DNA of 64,000 nucleotides from Minisyncoccota bacterium (GTDB lineage Bacteria; Patescibacteriota; Minisyncoccia; Phycocordibacterales; PALSA-1337). The notes under the pieces were generated by a model. It made no database searches. It saw nothing but the letters and a program-made list of their open reading frames with translations, and was not told the origin of the DNA. Within the stretch, counting starts at the first letter, position 1. Each line of letters starts with the position of its first letter. Below are positions 48,960 to 59,041 of the stretch, piece after piece. Position numbers and translations under genes: made by a program. The stretch is taken from NCBI GenBank assembly GCA_017991475.1, contig JAGOQK010000001.1, forward strand, positions 12,783 to 76,782, read 5' to 3'.

Positions 48960-49628
48960 ATGAGAGCTTCAACGGAGAACATTTACAACACACAGCTACG
49001 AATGAAAAAAATCCCTTCGAACATGGTCGCGACTATTGTCTACAGCGACCGACGCAAAGCGATCGTACGGAAATTCAATAAGGGCAGCAAAGCGGGATAC
49101 GGTATCGCACAAGACACTTCGACCGGCGAGCTCATCTATTTCAATATGAGCAATTGTCGTACATTCATGTGCGGCGATTCATACCCCGTCTTCACTGATG
49201 AACTGAAGCGCATCGAACCGAAAAAAGGCGATGCACTCACCTTCATCCTGGATTCTCGACCAGTACAAAAGGACAAACGACCGAACATGTTGTTTTGGAA
49301 CTACGAGGAGTCGTACCAACAATGCCTCGCTGATTGCCGGAAGCAGCCGACGGAAACCGATCAAATCGTCGATGCGAGCGTGCGTGCGCACCAGCAACCG
49401 CTCATTCATACGGGCGAACATACGCAGATGACGGCGACTAATGGACACATGAATGGGCACGGCCATAACAGCAAGCGGCCACGTAAGCACTGCCGCACCG
49501 ACCGCAACGACGCCAGAAAGCAAGTGCCGGGACCAGAAAACAACTGGGGATATGGATCGGTTGCCCCGAAACCAAAGGTAGCACCGGAGACGAATATAAA
49601 TCTCGTCAAAGAACTGTCTCGACGCTGA
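48960..49628 (+). CDS. hypothetical protein (start may be the internal MKKIPSN at 49002)
   Basis: 222 aa. The N-terminal part is loosely OB/CSD-like. An intrinsic terminator follows at about 49636-49670 (ccccgcatcg-gaaa-cgatgcgggg + T5). Confidence 0.45.
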   Translation: MRASTENIYNTQLRMKKIPSNMVATIVYSDRRKAIVRKFNKGSKAGYGIAQDTSTGELIYFNMSNCRTFMCGDSYPVFTDELKRIEPKKGDALTFILDSRPVQKDKRPNMLFWNYEESYQQCLADCRKQPTETDQIVDASVRAHQQPLIHTGEHTQMTATNGHMNGHGHNSKRPRKHCRTDRNDARKQVPGPENNWGYGSVAPKPKVAPETNINLVKELSRR

Positions 49629-50020
49629 ACGAAAACTATTCAGCCCCGCATCGGAAACGATGCGGGGTTTTTCTACTCATTGAATCTTTTGAGATAAAAG
49701 AAAAGCCCGTCGACATGAAGTCAACGGGCGGAAAGAGCAATGATGCTGAAGAGAGAAAGTGAAAGAGCAAAAGTGAATGGAGGGAGCGTAAGTGTGTGAT
49801 CGTGAGATAAATATATCGGGGGCGTGAGCCGGCTGAGAGTACCTAGGGAGTTAAAGTCATGGGAAGGCCGATATATCCACACTGAGCTCGATCCGTTCTC
49901 CAACATCTCAAAGAACTTACGTCTATATTATGAGCGAAAAAATTTCAAAAGTCAAGCTTATTTTTGGTAAAAAATAACAACATAATAGACAATACTCTGT
50001 CAAAATGCTACGATGTTCCC

Positions 50021-51394
50021 ATGAAACGAAATCCCCCGAAAGCAGCGACTCCTGAAACACCTCGAAACGCTCATGAAAGCGCGCCTGAAACGCACGCAGA
50101 AACCTCTGTAGCAACGGCGGATGTTTTGAATGATACTCTCTACGACCTCGCAGTGATCGGTGGCGGACCGGCAGGAATGATGGCGGCAGGCCGAGCAGCG
50201 GAACGAGGGTTGAAGGTTATTCTTTTGGAAAAAAATGATACTCTCGGCAAGAAACTTCTCATAACGGGAGGTGGGCGCTGCAATGTCACCAACGCAGAAA
50301 CAGATACACGCACATTGCTTGCAAAATTCAAAGACTCCGACAAATATCTTTTCTCTGCATTCGCGCAGCATGGCGTCACAGAGTCGTTGGACTTTTTTCA
50401 TTCACGCAAGATGCCAACCAAAGTGGAACCGGGTAAGCGTGTATTCCCTCTTTCAAATAAGGCGCAGTCAGTGTGGGATGTTCTCGTCAACTATATGAAG
50501 GGTGGGAAAGTTACAGTAAAGTCGGATTCACAAGTTGTAAGTTGTCAGTTGTCAGTAGGACGCAAGGAAATCACTGGCCTCAAACTCAAAGACGGTTCAT
50601 TTGTATATGCCAAGAATTTTGTGCTAGCGACAGGAGGCAAATCACATCCTGAGACAGGTTCGACTGGCGATGGATTTGCATGGCTCAAAGAGTTGGGTCA
50701 CGCTGTATCTGAACCACGCGCAGCACTCGTGCCAGTGAAAGTCTCCGATGAATGGGTGCATGCATTGTCCGGTTTTTCATTACCAGAGGCGAAAATCACA
50801 CTTTTCCAGAATGGCGCAAAGGTTCCTGGCAAGCAAGCAGTAAAAAAGGGAAAAGTTTTGTTCACACACTTTGGACTCTCAGGACCTGCGGTGCTCAACA
50901 TGAGCTCAGAGATCGATGAGCTCCTCAAGTATGGTGAGGTAGTACTTTCACTCGACCTGCTCCCGACTCACGACTATGCAACCTTGAACGAAGCGCTGCA
51001 GAAGCTCTTCAAGAAGCAGAGTAACAAGAAATTCAAGAATGCCCTCTCCGTACTCATTCCTGCACCGCTCGTTCCAACGATCCTCGCACTCTCCGGCATC
51101 GATGAGGAAGTTCCCTGCCACAGTGTCACGCGTGAAGAGCGTCTCGCACTCGTCACACTCCTCAAAGGGGTTCCTATCCATCCGACAGGATTGCTCGGTG
51201 CTGACAAAGCGATCATCACCTCGGGTGGTGTGTCGCTCGACGAGATCGACTGGAAGACTATGCGTTCTCGACTGATCTCAAATCTCCATATTGTTGGTGA
51301 CTTGCTCGACATCGACAGACCATCGGGAGGATATAGTTTGCAGCTCTGCTGGACGACAGGCTGGGTTGCGGGGAATGCTGTGGGGCGGGTGTGA
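50021..51394 (+). CDS. NAD(P)/FAD-dependent oxidoreductase, HI0933/BaiN-like flavoprotein
   Basis: It has the dinucleotide-binding motif DLAVIGGGPAGMMAA and ITGGGRCNVTN. The start is taken at the internal Met (MKRNPP). Confidence 0.85.
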   Translation: MKRNPPKAATPETPRNAHESAPETHAETSVATADVLNDTLYDLAVIGGGPAGMMAAGRAAERGLKVILLEKNDTLGKKLLITGGGRCNVTNAETDTRTLLAKFKDSDKYLFSAFAQHGVTESLDFFHSRKMPTKVEPGKRVFPLSNKAQSVWDVLVNYMKGGKVTVKSDSQVVSCQLSVGRKEITGLKLKDGSFVYAKNFVLATGGKSHPETGSTGDGFAWLKELGHAVSEPRAALVPVKVSDEWVHALSGFSLPEAKITLFQNGAKVPGKQAVKKGKVLFTHFGLSGPAVLNMSSEIDELLKYGEVVLSLDLLPTHDYATLNEALQKLFKKQSNKKFKNALSVLIPAPLVPTILALSGIDEEVPCHSVTREERLALVTLLKGVPIHPTGLLGADKAIITSGGVSLDEIDWKTMRSRLISNLHIVGDLLDIDRPSGGYSLQLCWTTGWVAGNAVGRV

Positions 51395-51410
51395 GGCGAG
51401 GCCTTAAGGC

Positions 51411-51527
51411 GGATCAATCCAACCCCCTCAATTTCTTCTGCAACTTTTTGTATTCTGGCACTGCACGTTCGACAAGTGCCCAGAACCTACATGAATGATT
51501 GAGTTCACCGAGGTGACACAATTGATG
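51411..51527 (-). pseudogene. orphan 3'-terminal fragment of a DUF45/WLM-like metallohydrolase gene (paralogous to the C-terminus of 52441..52983)
   Basis: On the minus strand it encodes VHQLCHLGELNHSCRFWALVERAVPEYKKLQKKLRGLD*. The intact downstream gene ends HELCHLGELNHSRKFWALVEQTIPGYKKVQKRLRGLD*. Nucleotide identity between the two copies is about 75%. Confidence 0.5.
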
Positions 51528-51649
51528 GACAGATACGCTATACTTGACAAACATAAATAGCTATGCTACACTATATATCAGAAGTATTGGTGCACATATT
51601 GTGCAAACCTTATGCAACAGGTTAAGTTGCATCACAGGAGATCATTCAC

Positions 51650-52345
51650 ATGTTAGGTTCAATATTGTTAGATGGCGGATTACAGTTTCAGAAAAAAGAA
51701 CTTTTCCTAGAACTCAGGACCTCAATGAAGCGGTATGGACTACATCTTTTTTCAGAGGCGGTCATCGACCACACTGATGCCACGTACCACGTTCCTTCGA
51801 GGTTTGCTCGAGTCACTAGTCAATTTTACTGGTGCGAACGCAAGCAGCTCATCATTGTACTTACACATACTGAGGACACCTACGGACAGGGAGAGAATCC
51901 TAGGTATGTGCGAGGATATTGGCAGATGAGGGCTTACCTTGGTTTTCTTCCTTCTTTTGAGCAATTAACTGCACTTGCTCCAGGGAAAGATATTTCCAAG
52001 ATTCCATTCTTTGAGGGGGAAATTCCTGAAACCTTCACTCCAAAAGGACTATACTACAATGGCGGAAGCTATAGTGGGGCCGAAAAACTGATTGAAGCGA
52101 CTTACAGCTTTGATACCAAGTTTGACTGCACCAACGTGGTCGGCATCACAGCTGCGGCTGTCGAGCTCAAGACTGCAACAGAGAAATACCTCCGTCGCCT
52201 TCCGTTTGCAGAACTCTGGGTCTATAGTTTCCCTCCAAGCTATGTCTTCAAGGGCTGTGAAAAAACGTTCTGGGACCGTTTTGACAAGAGGAACCTTCGC
52301 TCATTGGTGGTACGCCCTTATGGTTCCGATGGACTGAAACGCTAA
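51650..52345 (+). CDS. hypothetical protein
   Basis: 231 aa. It is preceded by a sigma70-like promoter (TTGACA-17-TACACT at about 51543-51571). It is bracketed by the two DUF45 3'-end copies. Confidence 0.5.
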   Translation: MLGSILLDGGLQFQKKELFLELRTSMKRYGLHLFSEAVIDHTDATYHVPSRFARVTSQFYWCERKQLIIVLTHTEDTYGQGENPRYVRGYWQMRAYLGFLPSFEQLTALAPGKDISKIPFFEGEIPETFTPKGLYYNGGSYSGAEKLIEATYSFDTKFDCTNVVGITAAAVELKTATEKYLRRLPFAELWVYSFPPSYVFKGCEKTFWDRFDKRNLRSLVVRPYGSDGLKR

Positions 52346-52440
52346 GCTGTTGACCTCTCAAGAAAAGACTCATTGTGAGCTTCTCTTGCAGGGGTCTTTT
52401 CTATTCCAGTACCACCATATAATACCAACAAGTCACCATA

Positions 52441-52983
52441 TCAATCCAACCCCCTCAACCGCTTCTGCACCTTCTTGTACCCAGGAATAGTTTGCTCAAC
52501 CAGCGCCCAAAATTTCCTTGAATGGTTGAGTTCGCCGAGATGGCACAATTCATGCACGACTACATAGTCACGCAGTTCGTCGGGCAATAGAATCAACTTG
52601 TAATTGAAATTGATGTTCCCTTTCGCGGAGCATGATCCCCAGCGGGAATGCTGATCGCGGATGGAAATACGACCATACTTGAACCTATATATCTTGTTGA
52701 AATGCTCGAGGCGCTCGGTCAATATGCCGAGTGCTTTTTCTTTGAGCGCCTTGAATTCCCGGCGATCTCGTTTGTGAAGAAGTAGACTATATGCACCCAC
52801 TGGATGCGCCGCGAAGTATTCCTGCTTCTCCCTGATCCATGAGGACTTCTTGGCGACAAAGCGCTCGATGAGCATCTTCGGAACCAGGGGCGATGCACTG
52901 ACGATGACTTCACCATTCTGGCGCACCGTGATATTCATGGAGCGTATACGGCGACGACGGAGAGTGTAAGTGATGTCTAACAT
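52441..52983 (-). CDS. DUF45/YgjP (WLM/SprT-like, M48-like) metal-dependent hydrolase
   Basis: It has a HExxH motif (VVHELCHLGELNH). It is the last gene of the four-gene minus-strand operon. Confidence 0.8.
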   Translation of the reverse strand: MLDITYTLRRRRIRSMNITVRQNGEVIVSASPLVPKMLIERFVAKKSSWIREKQEYFAAHPVGAYSLLLHKRDRREFKALKEKALGILTERLEHFNKIYRFKYGRISIRDQHSRWGSCSAKGNINFNYKLILLPDELRDYVVVHELCHLGELNHSRKFWALVEQTIPGYKKVQKRLRGLD

Positions 52984-53019
52984 AGGTACCAGTATAGCTT
53001 GATTTATAGAATCCGCTTT

Positions 53020-53265
53020 TCATCTCCCCTTAACCATCTTCCTCTTCTCCTCCCTGGTCATCCTCTTCCACTCTGCCTCCACTGCTCGTGCCCGCGCAAG
53101 CGTGCGGAATTTCTTGCTATAGACCATCGTGACAGGGCGGCGAATCTTGGTGTAGTGAGCGCCAGACTTGAGGTGGTTGTGCGCATGAAGTCGTCGTGTG
53201 AGATCGGTCGTGTAGCCGCTGTAATAGGTACCGTCGGCGCATTTCAACATATAAGCGTAGTGCAT
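53020..53265 (-). CDS. GIY-YIG nuclease family protein (mini, YhbQ/UPF0213-like)
   Basis: 81 aa with YMLKCADGTYYSGYTTDLTRRLHAHN. Confidence 0.85.
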   Translation of the reverse strand: MHYAYMLKCADGTYYSGYTTDLTRRLHAHNHLKSGAHYTKIRRPVTMVYSKKFRTLARARAVEAEWKRMTREEKRKMVKGR

Positions 53266-53271
53266 ACGATG

Positions 53272-53664
53272 CTACTGCTCGCCGAATTTCTCGTCCTCCT
53301 CATCCGCGAGCGCGTCAGCCTTAGTAGCGTGGATGCGGCCGTCGATATGGTGCGCGGGAGAATAGATGGTGTAGATCTTGAGCTGGTCAGGACCGGTATT
53401 GATGATGTTGTGCTCGGTGCCGGCAGGAATGAGGATCGCGGTTCCATCTGCGATCGGATACTCGACACCTGCAACAACTGCCTTGCCTGTCCCCTGCTCG
53501 AAACGGAAGAATTGGTCATTCTTGGGATGTGTCTCAATGCCGATCTCTTCACCCGACTGGAGGCACATGAGGACGATCTGACTGTGCAGAGCAGTGAATA
53601 TGACTTTCCTAAAATTGGTATTTGCGAGCGTTTCCTGTTCGATATTTGAGGTATAGGGGATCAT
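53272..53664 (-). CDS. cupin domain protein (cupin_2)
   Basis: It has cupin motif 2, PAGTEHNIIN (PxGxxHxxxN), and a partial motif 1. Confidence 0.8.
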   Translation of the reverse strand: MIPYTSNIEQETLANTNFRKVIFTALHSQIVLMCLQSGEEIGIETHPKNDQFFRFEQGTGKAVVAGVEYPIADGTAILIPAGTEHNIINTGPDQLKIYTIYSPAHHIDGRIHATKADALADEEDEKFGEQ

Positions 53665-53673
53665 GAATGTAGG

Positions 53674-54270
53674 TTAGTTTTCCTTAACCATATACGTCAT
53701 ATATGAAAGCTGATCGCTAACCTGAAACATTTCAGCTTCTGCGAAGATAAACTTTTTTGATTCAGCAAGTTTGTCATGGAGAGCGCTCCCGATAATCATC
53801 GAGTTGGCTTGTGCAAGGCGATTCATTTTTGAACACGTATTGACTGTAGATCCAAACAAATCCTCAACATCATACTGTTCATTCTCGACAATACTGACTG
53901 GTCCAAAGCTTGCAGACACACGATAATCGACCTCCGGAAGTCCGAGCTCTTTGAGAGCGGCGCTGATCTGGTCATGGGCACGAACAATCTTGAAATTTGT
54001 AGCAATCACGTTTTCAAAATCTCCCAATGAACCAAAGTCTGTTTTGGGAAAATAATAAAAGATTCCATCTCCAAATGTTTTGACCACCTTTCCTTCGTTT
54101 GCCTCGATGATTCCAGCAAGAATATTGAGAAATGTCATGTAGAGTGAGTCCGCTTCTCTACCCGAAAGTTTTGATACAATCGTTGTGGAACCGATCATGT
54201 CGATAAAACAAATCGCGTAATGTACATGCAGGTCAGAAAAAACTATATGATCGGATTTCGTTGTATTCAT
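53674..54270 (-). CDS. standalone class III adenylate/guanylate cyclase catalytic domain protein
   Basis: It has FIDMIGST (metal Asp), KTFGDGIF (second Asp) and GSTVNTCSKM (transition-state Asn). At about 198 aa it is minimal-cyclase size with no regulatory domain. Confidence 0.75.
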   Translation of the reverse strand: MNTTKSDHIVFSDLHVHYAICFIDMIGSTTIVSKLSGREADSLYMTFLNILAGIIEANEGKVVKTFGDGIFYYFPKTDFGSLGDFENVIATNFKIVRAHDQISAALKELGLPEVDYRVSASFGPVSIVENEQYDVEDLFGSTVNTCSKMNRLAQANSMIIGSALHDKLAESKKFIFAEAEMFQVSDQLSYMTYMVKEN

Positions 54271-54360
54271 GTTTTTCTAGTATATCATAGTGGTGTTATT
54301 CATGGCGAAAAGAAGGAATCCTTACACCTCTACCCTCGGAAATAGGGGGTGACACCTTCC

Positions 54361-55569
54361 TTACTGCACAACCCCCCTCCCCACCCTCGTACTCGCATAG
54401 AATACAATCAGTCCGACCATCACGATAGCAACTGCGCACGCAAGTGCAGTCATCGGACTCCAGTGTTGCCACATGAATCCGCCGATAATTCCTGAAAACA
54501 TCACACCGAAACCAGTGACAGCATTGTACATACCATACGCGGTGCCACGCTCGTAGTCAGGGGTGGTCTTGGCGACGAAGGCACGCTGAGCAGCGTCAGT
54601 GCATGCCGACGAAAGTCCGAGTGTTGCAAATGAGAGTGCAAGCGCAAGGGGTGTCGCCGCAATCATGAGGACGACATATCCGATAGCGAGAATAGTGTAG
54701 CCGAAGGCAAGTACGCGCGCGGTGCCCATGGTATCAGAGAGCTTACCTGCGCCGTATGAGAAAAGTACGAAAGCTATGTTGTAAATCATGTAGAAGAGCG
54801 GAATGGATGCGATGACGAGGCCGATATTGGTAGTCTGCAAAAGAAGGAGTGCTGATGGCAACGAGCCAACTGAGAAAATAAATATAGCGAAAAGATACCA
54901 ACGGAAATGCGGTGAGAATGAACGAAATGTCTTGAATGAAAAGATGCGAACGTTGTTGCTGTCACGCGCAATAACGACATCCTTCACAAAGAAGATAGTC
55001 GCTACGGCAATGAGGCCGATGATGAACGCTGACAAGAAGATGACATTGAACCCAAATGGCAGATACGACAGGATGAGATACGCGGCAAGCGGACCGAGTA
55101 CTCCCCCAGCGGTATCCATGGCGCGGTGATAACCAAATGATCTGCCAACGTCGCCATTCTGAGCTGAGACAGAGATGATGACATCGCGCGGTGCCTCACG
55201 GACCCCTTTGCCGATACGATCGACAATACGCAGACCGAGCACACCCGCGATACTACCCGTGATCATGTAGAACGGACGGATGAGGACTGACATGCCGTAG
55301 CCAAGGAAGATAAATGCGCGACGGCGTCTGAGCTTGTCAGAGAGCTGGCCGGAATATATCTTGATGATGTTGGATGCACCATCGGCGATACCCTCGACGA
55401 TACCGAGTGATGCGGCGCCCGCCTTGAGCACAGAGGTGAAGAAAGCCGGGAATGCGGCCAGGATCATCTGGTTGGAGAAGTCGTTGAAGAAGCTCGTGAG
55501 TCCGAGCAAGAAGATGTTCCTATTGAGCCCAAAGATGCGACGCTCGGGAGTGGGAGGTACTGGCGGCAT
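54361..55569 (-). CDS. MFS transporter
   Basis: 12 TM helices. The start is taken at the internal MPPVPPTPE; the track ORF extends to 55668. Confidence 0.85.
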   Translation of the reverse strand: MPPVPPTPERRIFGLNRNIFLLGLTSFFNDFSNQMILAAFPAFFTSVLKAGAASLGIVEGIADGASNIIKIYSGQLSDKLRRRRAFIFLGYGMSVLIRPFYMITGSIAGVLGLRIVDRIGKGVREAPRDVIISVSAQNGDVGRSFGYHRAMDTAGGVLGPLAAYLILSYLPFGFNVIFLSAFIIGLIAVATIFFVKDVVIARDSNNVRIFSFKTFRSFSPHFRWYLFAIFIFSVGSLPSALLLLQTTNIGLVIASIPLFYMIYNIAFVLFSYGAGKLSDTMGTARVLAFGYTILAIGYVVLMIAATPLALALSFATLGLSSACTDAAQRAFVAKTTPDYERGTAYGMYNAVTGFGVMFSGIIGGFMWQHWSPMTALACAVAIVMVGLIVFYASTRVGRGVVQ

Positions 55570-55682
55570 ATGGAGAAGTATAGCAGAAAATAGTTCCTCT
55601 GAGCGCTCCACGCATTTGACTATCCTCCATTTCGGAGCATAATGTCTCAAGGAAAATAGTTCCACCAACAGAAAGGCATTGT

Positions 55683-56039
55683 ATGACTGACATCTGTCTG
55701 CTGCTCCGGGTCGGAGAACGCCCCGACGAAACCTTAAGAAAAATCCTGTTCTCTATGGCACAGTACATGTTCGAAACCGAAGAGAAGTACCTTCCTTTTC
55801 AAGACGCTCAGTCCCGACTCTTCACTGCGTCAATGGCAACTGATTTCAAGAAAGGTCGCCAAGACGAGACCTCAGGGACGATCTTCCGCACGTATGTCGA
55901 GTACTCCGACGGGAGAACGATTGAAGCCGTATTCCTCGCCAATTATCGGGAGGACTGGAGAGTATCCATTGAGGACAGCATCGAACTCACTCCCGTCAGT
56001 AAGATCGGCGGCGATCCTGTAGAAAATTGGAAAAACTAG
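55683..56039 (+). CDS. hypothetical protein
   Basis: 118 aa. A weak terminator hairpin follows at about 56059-56090. Confidence 0.45.
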   Translation: MTDICLLLRVGERPDETLRKILFSMAQYMFETEEKYLPFQDAQSRLFTASMATDFKKGRQDETSGTIFRTYVEYSDGRTIEAVFLANYREDWRVSIEDSIELTPVSKIGGDPVENWKN

Positions 56040-56078
56040 TTCACCACCACATTCACAGCCTGCTCCAAAGCGGGCTTT

Positions 56079-57389
56079 TTATTTGACTTCCCCGAGATAG
56101 ATGAGATCAAACTGTTTCTTGAGCAACTTCCTCCCTCGCTCCTGCGGAGAAGTAGCATCGTGACCACGACGATTGCGACGATACTCGGCACCATCATGCG
56201 TAGCTGCGCGGAGACTGGAGGCGAGCGTGACCGTACCTCGACCATACTTGCGTGCCAGACGATCGACAGTCTCAGTGATCACGGTACTCGTCGTAAGGTG
56301 TGGACTATCGCCAAAGAGTGACTCCGTGCGTGTATCTCGCAGACGCAGACTGAAGAGCGTCACACCAGTAGTGCGGTACTGGATACCAGAGACGAAGAGC
56401 TTGTCGAGACGCGGACGCAGAGCTCGGAGGATGAGCTGGGGTTCGGCGGTCGCCTCATGGAGTACGACTTCTTCACCGATGTATTCGAAGTCCTGAGTCT
56501 TCAAGAAAAATGACACCTTGCCCGCAACCATCCCATCACGACGTAGATGAATACATGCATCCTCGACATGCTGTGAGAGTTGAGACCAGCAGAATTCTCG
56601 GTCACTGGATGTGGGGCGGAAGGTGCGGGTACGCTGGACTGAGGCGTAGTCTGCCTGACGATCGGTGGAGAGCTCCATGACGCGGACACCTCTCAATTCC
56701 TGGTAGATACGCGCCACCGGAAGATCACAGTGCTCACTGATCCAGACATGATCCTTCTCGGCGAGATCGAGTGCAGTGGTGATGCCGAGCTTGCGGAGAT
56801 ACTGAGTAGTACTGGACCCGATGCCCCACACCTTGCCGATGGGTAGCTGTCGTAGATATGCAGGAATGTCACCGTGCGTGATGACAGTGAAGCCTCTCGG
56901 CTTGTTCCACTTGGAAGCGACCTTGGCGAGCACTTTGTTGACGGAGAGACCGACAGAGACGGTGAGGCCGAGTGAGGCGTGAATGTCCTCTTGGATACAG
57001 CGTGCGAGATCAGGGTATGAAGATTGTTCGTCGAGGTCACGGAGGGCCAAGTCCGCAAAACATTCATCGATACTATACTCCTCGACAACCTCTGCATACC
57101 TCCGCACGATGCTGTACATACGACGAGCATACTGTGCATACATATCATAGTCAGATGGCAGTATCACGACCTCGGGACACACTTTGCGCATCTCCCCTAT
57201 CCTCATACCGCGATATATTCCGCGCGCCTTGGCCTCTGGACTCATGGCTGACGCGATCCCCCGCTCGAGCCCCGTGACTACCGGGCGACCACGGAGGTAG
57301 GGCTTCCTCGTGAGTTCGCAGGAAACAAAGAAGGAATCTCCGTCGATATGGAGGATGGTGGTTGGGGGTGTGTCGGGTAACTGGGGCAT
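56079..57389 (-). CDS. dinB: Y-family DNA polymerase IV (DinB-like) with a C-terminal extension
   Basis: It has ILHIDGDSFFVSCE (the catalytic DxD region) and SIDECFADL. The start is taken at MPQLPDT. Confidence 0.85.
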   Translation of the reverse strand: MPQLPDTPPTTILHIDGDSFFVSCELTRKPYLRGRPVVTGLERGIASAMSPEAKARGIYRGMRIGEMRKVCPEVVILPSDYDMYAQYARRMYSIVRRYAEVVEEYSIDECFADLALRDLDEQSSYPDLARCIQEDIHASLGLTVSVGLSVNKVLAKVASKWNKPRGFTVITHGDIPAYLRQLPIGKVWGIGSSTTQYLRKLGITTALDLAEKDHVWISEHCDLPVARIYQELRGVRVMELSTDRQADYASVQRTRTFRPTSSDREFCWSQLSQHVEDACIHLRRDGMVAGKVSFFLKTQDFEYIGEEVVLHEATAEPQLILRALRPRLDKLFVSGIQYRTTGVTLFSLRLRDTRTESLFGDSPHLTTSTVITETVDRLARKYGRGTVTLASSLRAATHDGAEYRRNRRGHDATSPQERGRKLLKKQFDLIYLGEVK

Positions 57390-57429
57390 GGACACATTAT
57401 ACAGTGAACGAGGGTTCACTGGGGAGAGT

Positions 57430-58578
57430 TTATTTATCCTCAAATAGACTCACGTACTCGCGATGTATATAGAGAGAAGGTTTTACCCCCTCTCCTTTGC
57501 GGAGCAATTTGACAACTCCAACCTCAATAAGCTTATCAATAAGCTTGATAGTTCCTTGTCGAGTATATCCCGTCCACTCTTCTATTTGAGCTGTCGATGC
57601 AACGGGACTCTTGTACAGATTTTGTAATACACGAACTGCGGTATTAGTTGGATTAGTTGCTATAGTTGATATCCTCTCAAGATCCTTATCACGCAATTTC
57701 GTAATCTTTTTTGAAACTTCTATAGCCTGTTGTGCTGTATCGATAACAGCATCCAAGAAGAAATCAACCCACGGTAAAATATCACCGGCATGGTATCCAG
57801 CAAGTCTTTGATAGTATATTTTTTGATATCTCTTGAAATATGAGGATAGAAACAATGTCGGCAACTCCAAAAACTTATAATGAATAAGATAGAAGGTAAT
57901 CAACAGACGACCTGTACGTCCATTACCATCAAGAAATGGGTGTACAGTCTCAAATTGAGCATGAAGAAGCCCTGCATCGATTATTGGATGAACATAGGGT
58001 GAATGTATGAATTTCTCTACATCATTCAGCGCCTCTGGCAACTCCTCAAATGCAGGTGGAACAAAACTTGCATTACTCGGTGCTGTTCCACCGATATAGT
58101 TTTGGCTCTTTCTGAACTCTCCAGGATCTGAAAAATGTGTAGCACGAGCACCCTTCATCAACTCCTTATGAAGTTCACGGATAAAGCGCAAAGAAAAAGG
58201 AAAATTGTCTTCTTTGAGCCTCTTAAGTCCATAATGCAATGCTGCAATATAATGCGAAATATCATCAGCGTCAGTGTCACCTGGATTGGCAGGATCCGCG
58301 GCATATTCAAAGGCCTCAATCATCGTCGCTTTTGTTCCTTCAATCTGTGACGAAGAGGTAGCATCCTTGGTGATATACGATGAGATAAAATAATCAACAT
58401 CTGGTAGCAAAAGTGTGATGCCAGAAAGTTTACCCAAAAGAAATTGGGCTTCGTTTGCTTTTTGGAGCATCTTTGTCTGCGCCTCAATCGCATTTCTTAT
58501 TTTTGCAGGAAAAGGAAACAATGAGAGATACTCATAGCCTTTTTGGTGCTTTTTTGTTGTTCCCAGTTGAATCTTCAT
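57430..58578 (-). CDS. Fic family protein (AMPylator/Doc-like) with a C-terminal winged-helix domain
   Basis: It has the Fic motif HPFLDGNGRTGR. Confidence 0.9.
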   Translation of the reverse strand: MKIQLGTTKKHQKGYEYLSLFPFPAKIRNAIEAQTKMLQKANEAQFLLGKLSGITLLLPDVDYFISSYITKDATSSSQIEGTKATMIEAFEYAADPANPGDTDADDISHYIAALHYGLKRLKEDNFPFSLRFIRELHKELMKGARATHFSDPGEFRKSQNYIGGTAPSNASFVPPAFEELPEALNDVEKFIHSPYVHPIIDAGLLHAQFETVHPFLDGNGRTGRLLITFYLIHYKFLELPTLFLSSYFKRYQKIYYQRLAGYHAGDILPWVDFFLDAVIDTAQQAIEVSKKITKLRDKDLERISTIATNPTNTAVRVLQNLYKSPVASTAQIEEWTGYTRQGTIKLIDKLIEVGVVKLLRKGEGVKPSLYIHREYVSLFEDK

Positions 58579-58689
58579 ATATATCTATGCAGTTTATGCT
58601 ATTTTCATAGCTTAAACCATTATAGCGTTTCAGTTTAAGGTAGTCAAGTTGCTTAAACTCAATGCTTTATAGTGGAGAATTATACTCCC

Positions 58690-59013
58690 CTATATGAGTT
58701 TGTATATATCTAGCGCAACCTCTTCATACGGATGAACTTTCTTAATTGCTGCAACCACCTGATCAACAAGAGAATTTTCAACCGTTATCTCAATACGCTC
58801 TTCTTCTACCTCCTCCAACTTCCTCACTTCTCCAATATGAGGCTGTGCTCCCATTTCAGGTTTGAATCGCCCAATACCACGAATTGAGAAGCTACAGAAT
58901 GAATAGTTACCGAGTTTACCCCCACCAGCTTCACCAATTGCTTTGCGAACAATATCGGTGTGAGTAAGGGGGACGTAGACTATTATTTTGGAGTGTGGGA
59001 TAGCTAGGGGCAT
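58690..59013 (-). CDS. standalone PII-fold domain protein related to the Nif3/YqfO insertion domain
   Basis: FSIRGIGRFKPEMGAQPHIGE...HPYEEVALDIY resembles the YqfO C-terminal/CutA-like segment. Confidence 0.4.
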   Translation of the reverse strand: MPLAIPHSKIIVYVPLTHTDIVRKAIGEAGGGKLGNYSFCSFSIRGIGRFKPEMGAQPHIGEVRKLEEVEEERIEITVENSLVDQVVAAIKKVHPYEEVALDIYKLI

Positions 59014-59041
59014 GTATTATAAGTAAACGAAAGTTCACTAT

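Noticed and set aside
49680-50020. Possible small RNA in the 390-bp intergenic region upstream of the flavoprotein gene
   Set aside because: There is one hairpin (cccgtcgac...gtcaacggg). No match to the SRP, 6S or tmRNA conserved cores that I could recognise by eye. It is left unannotated.
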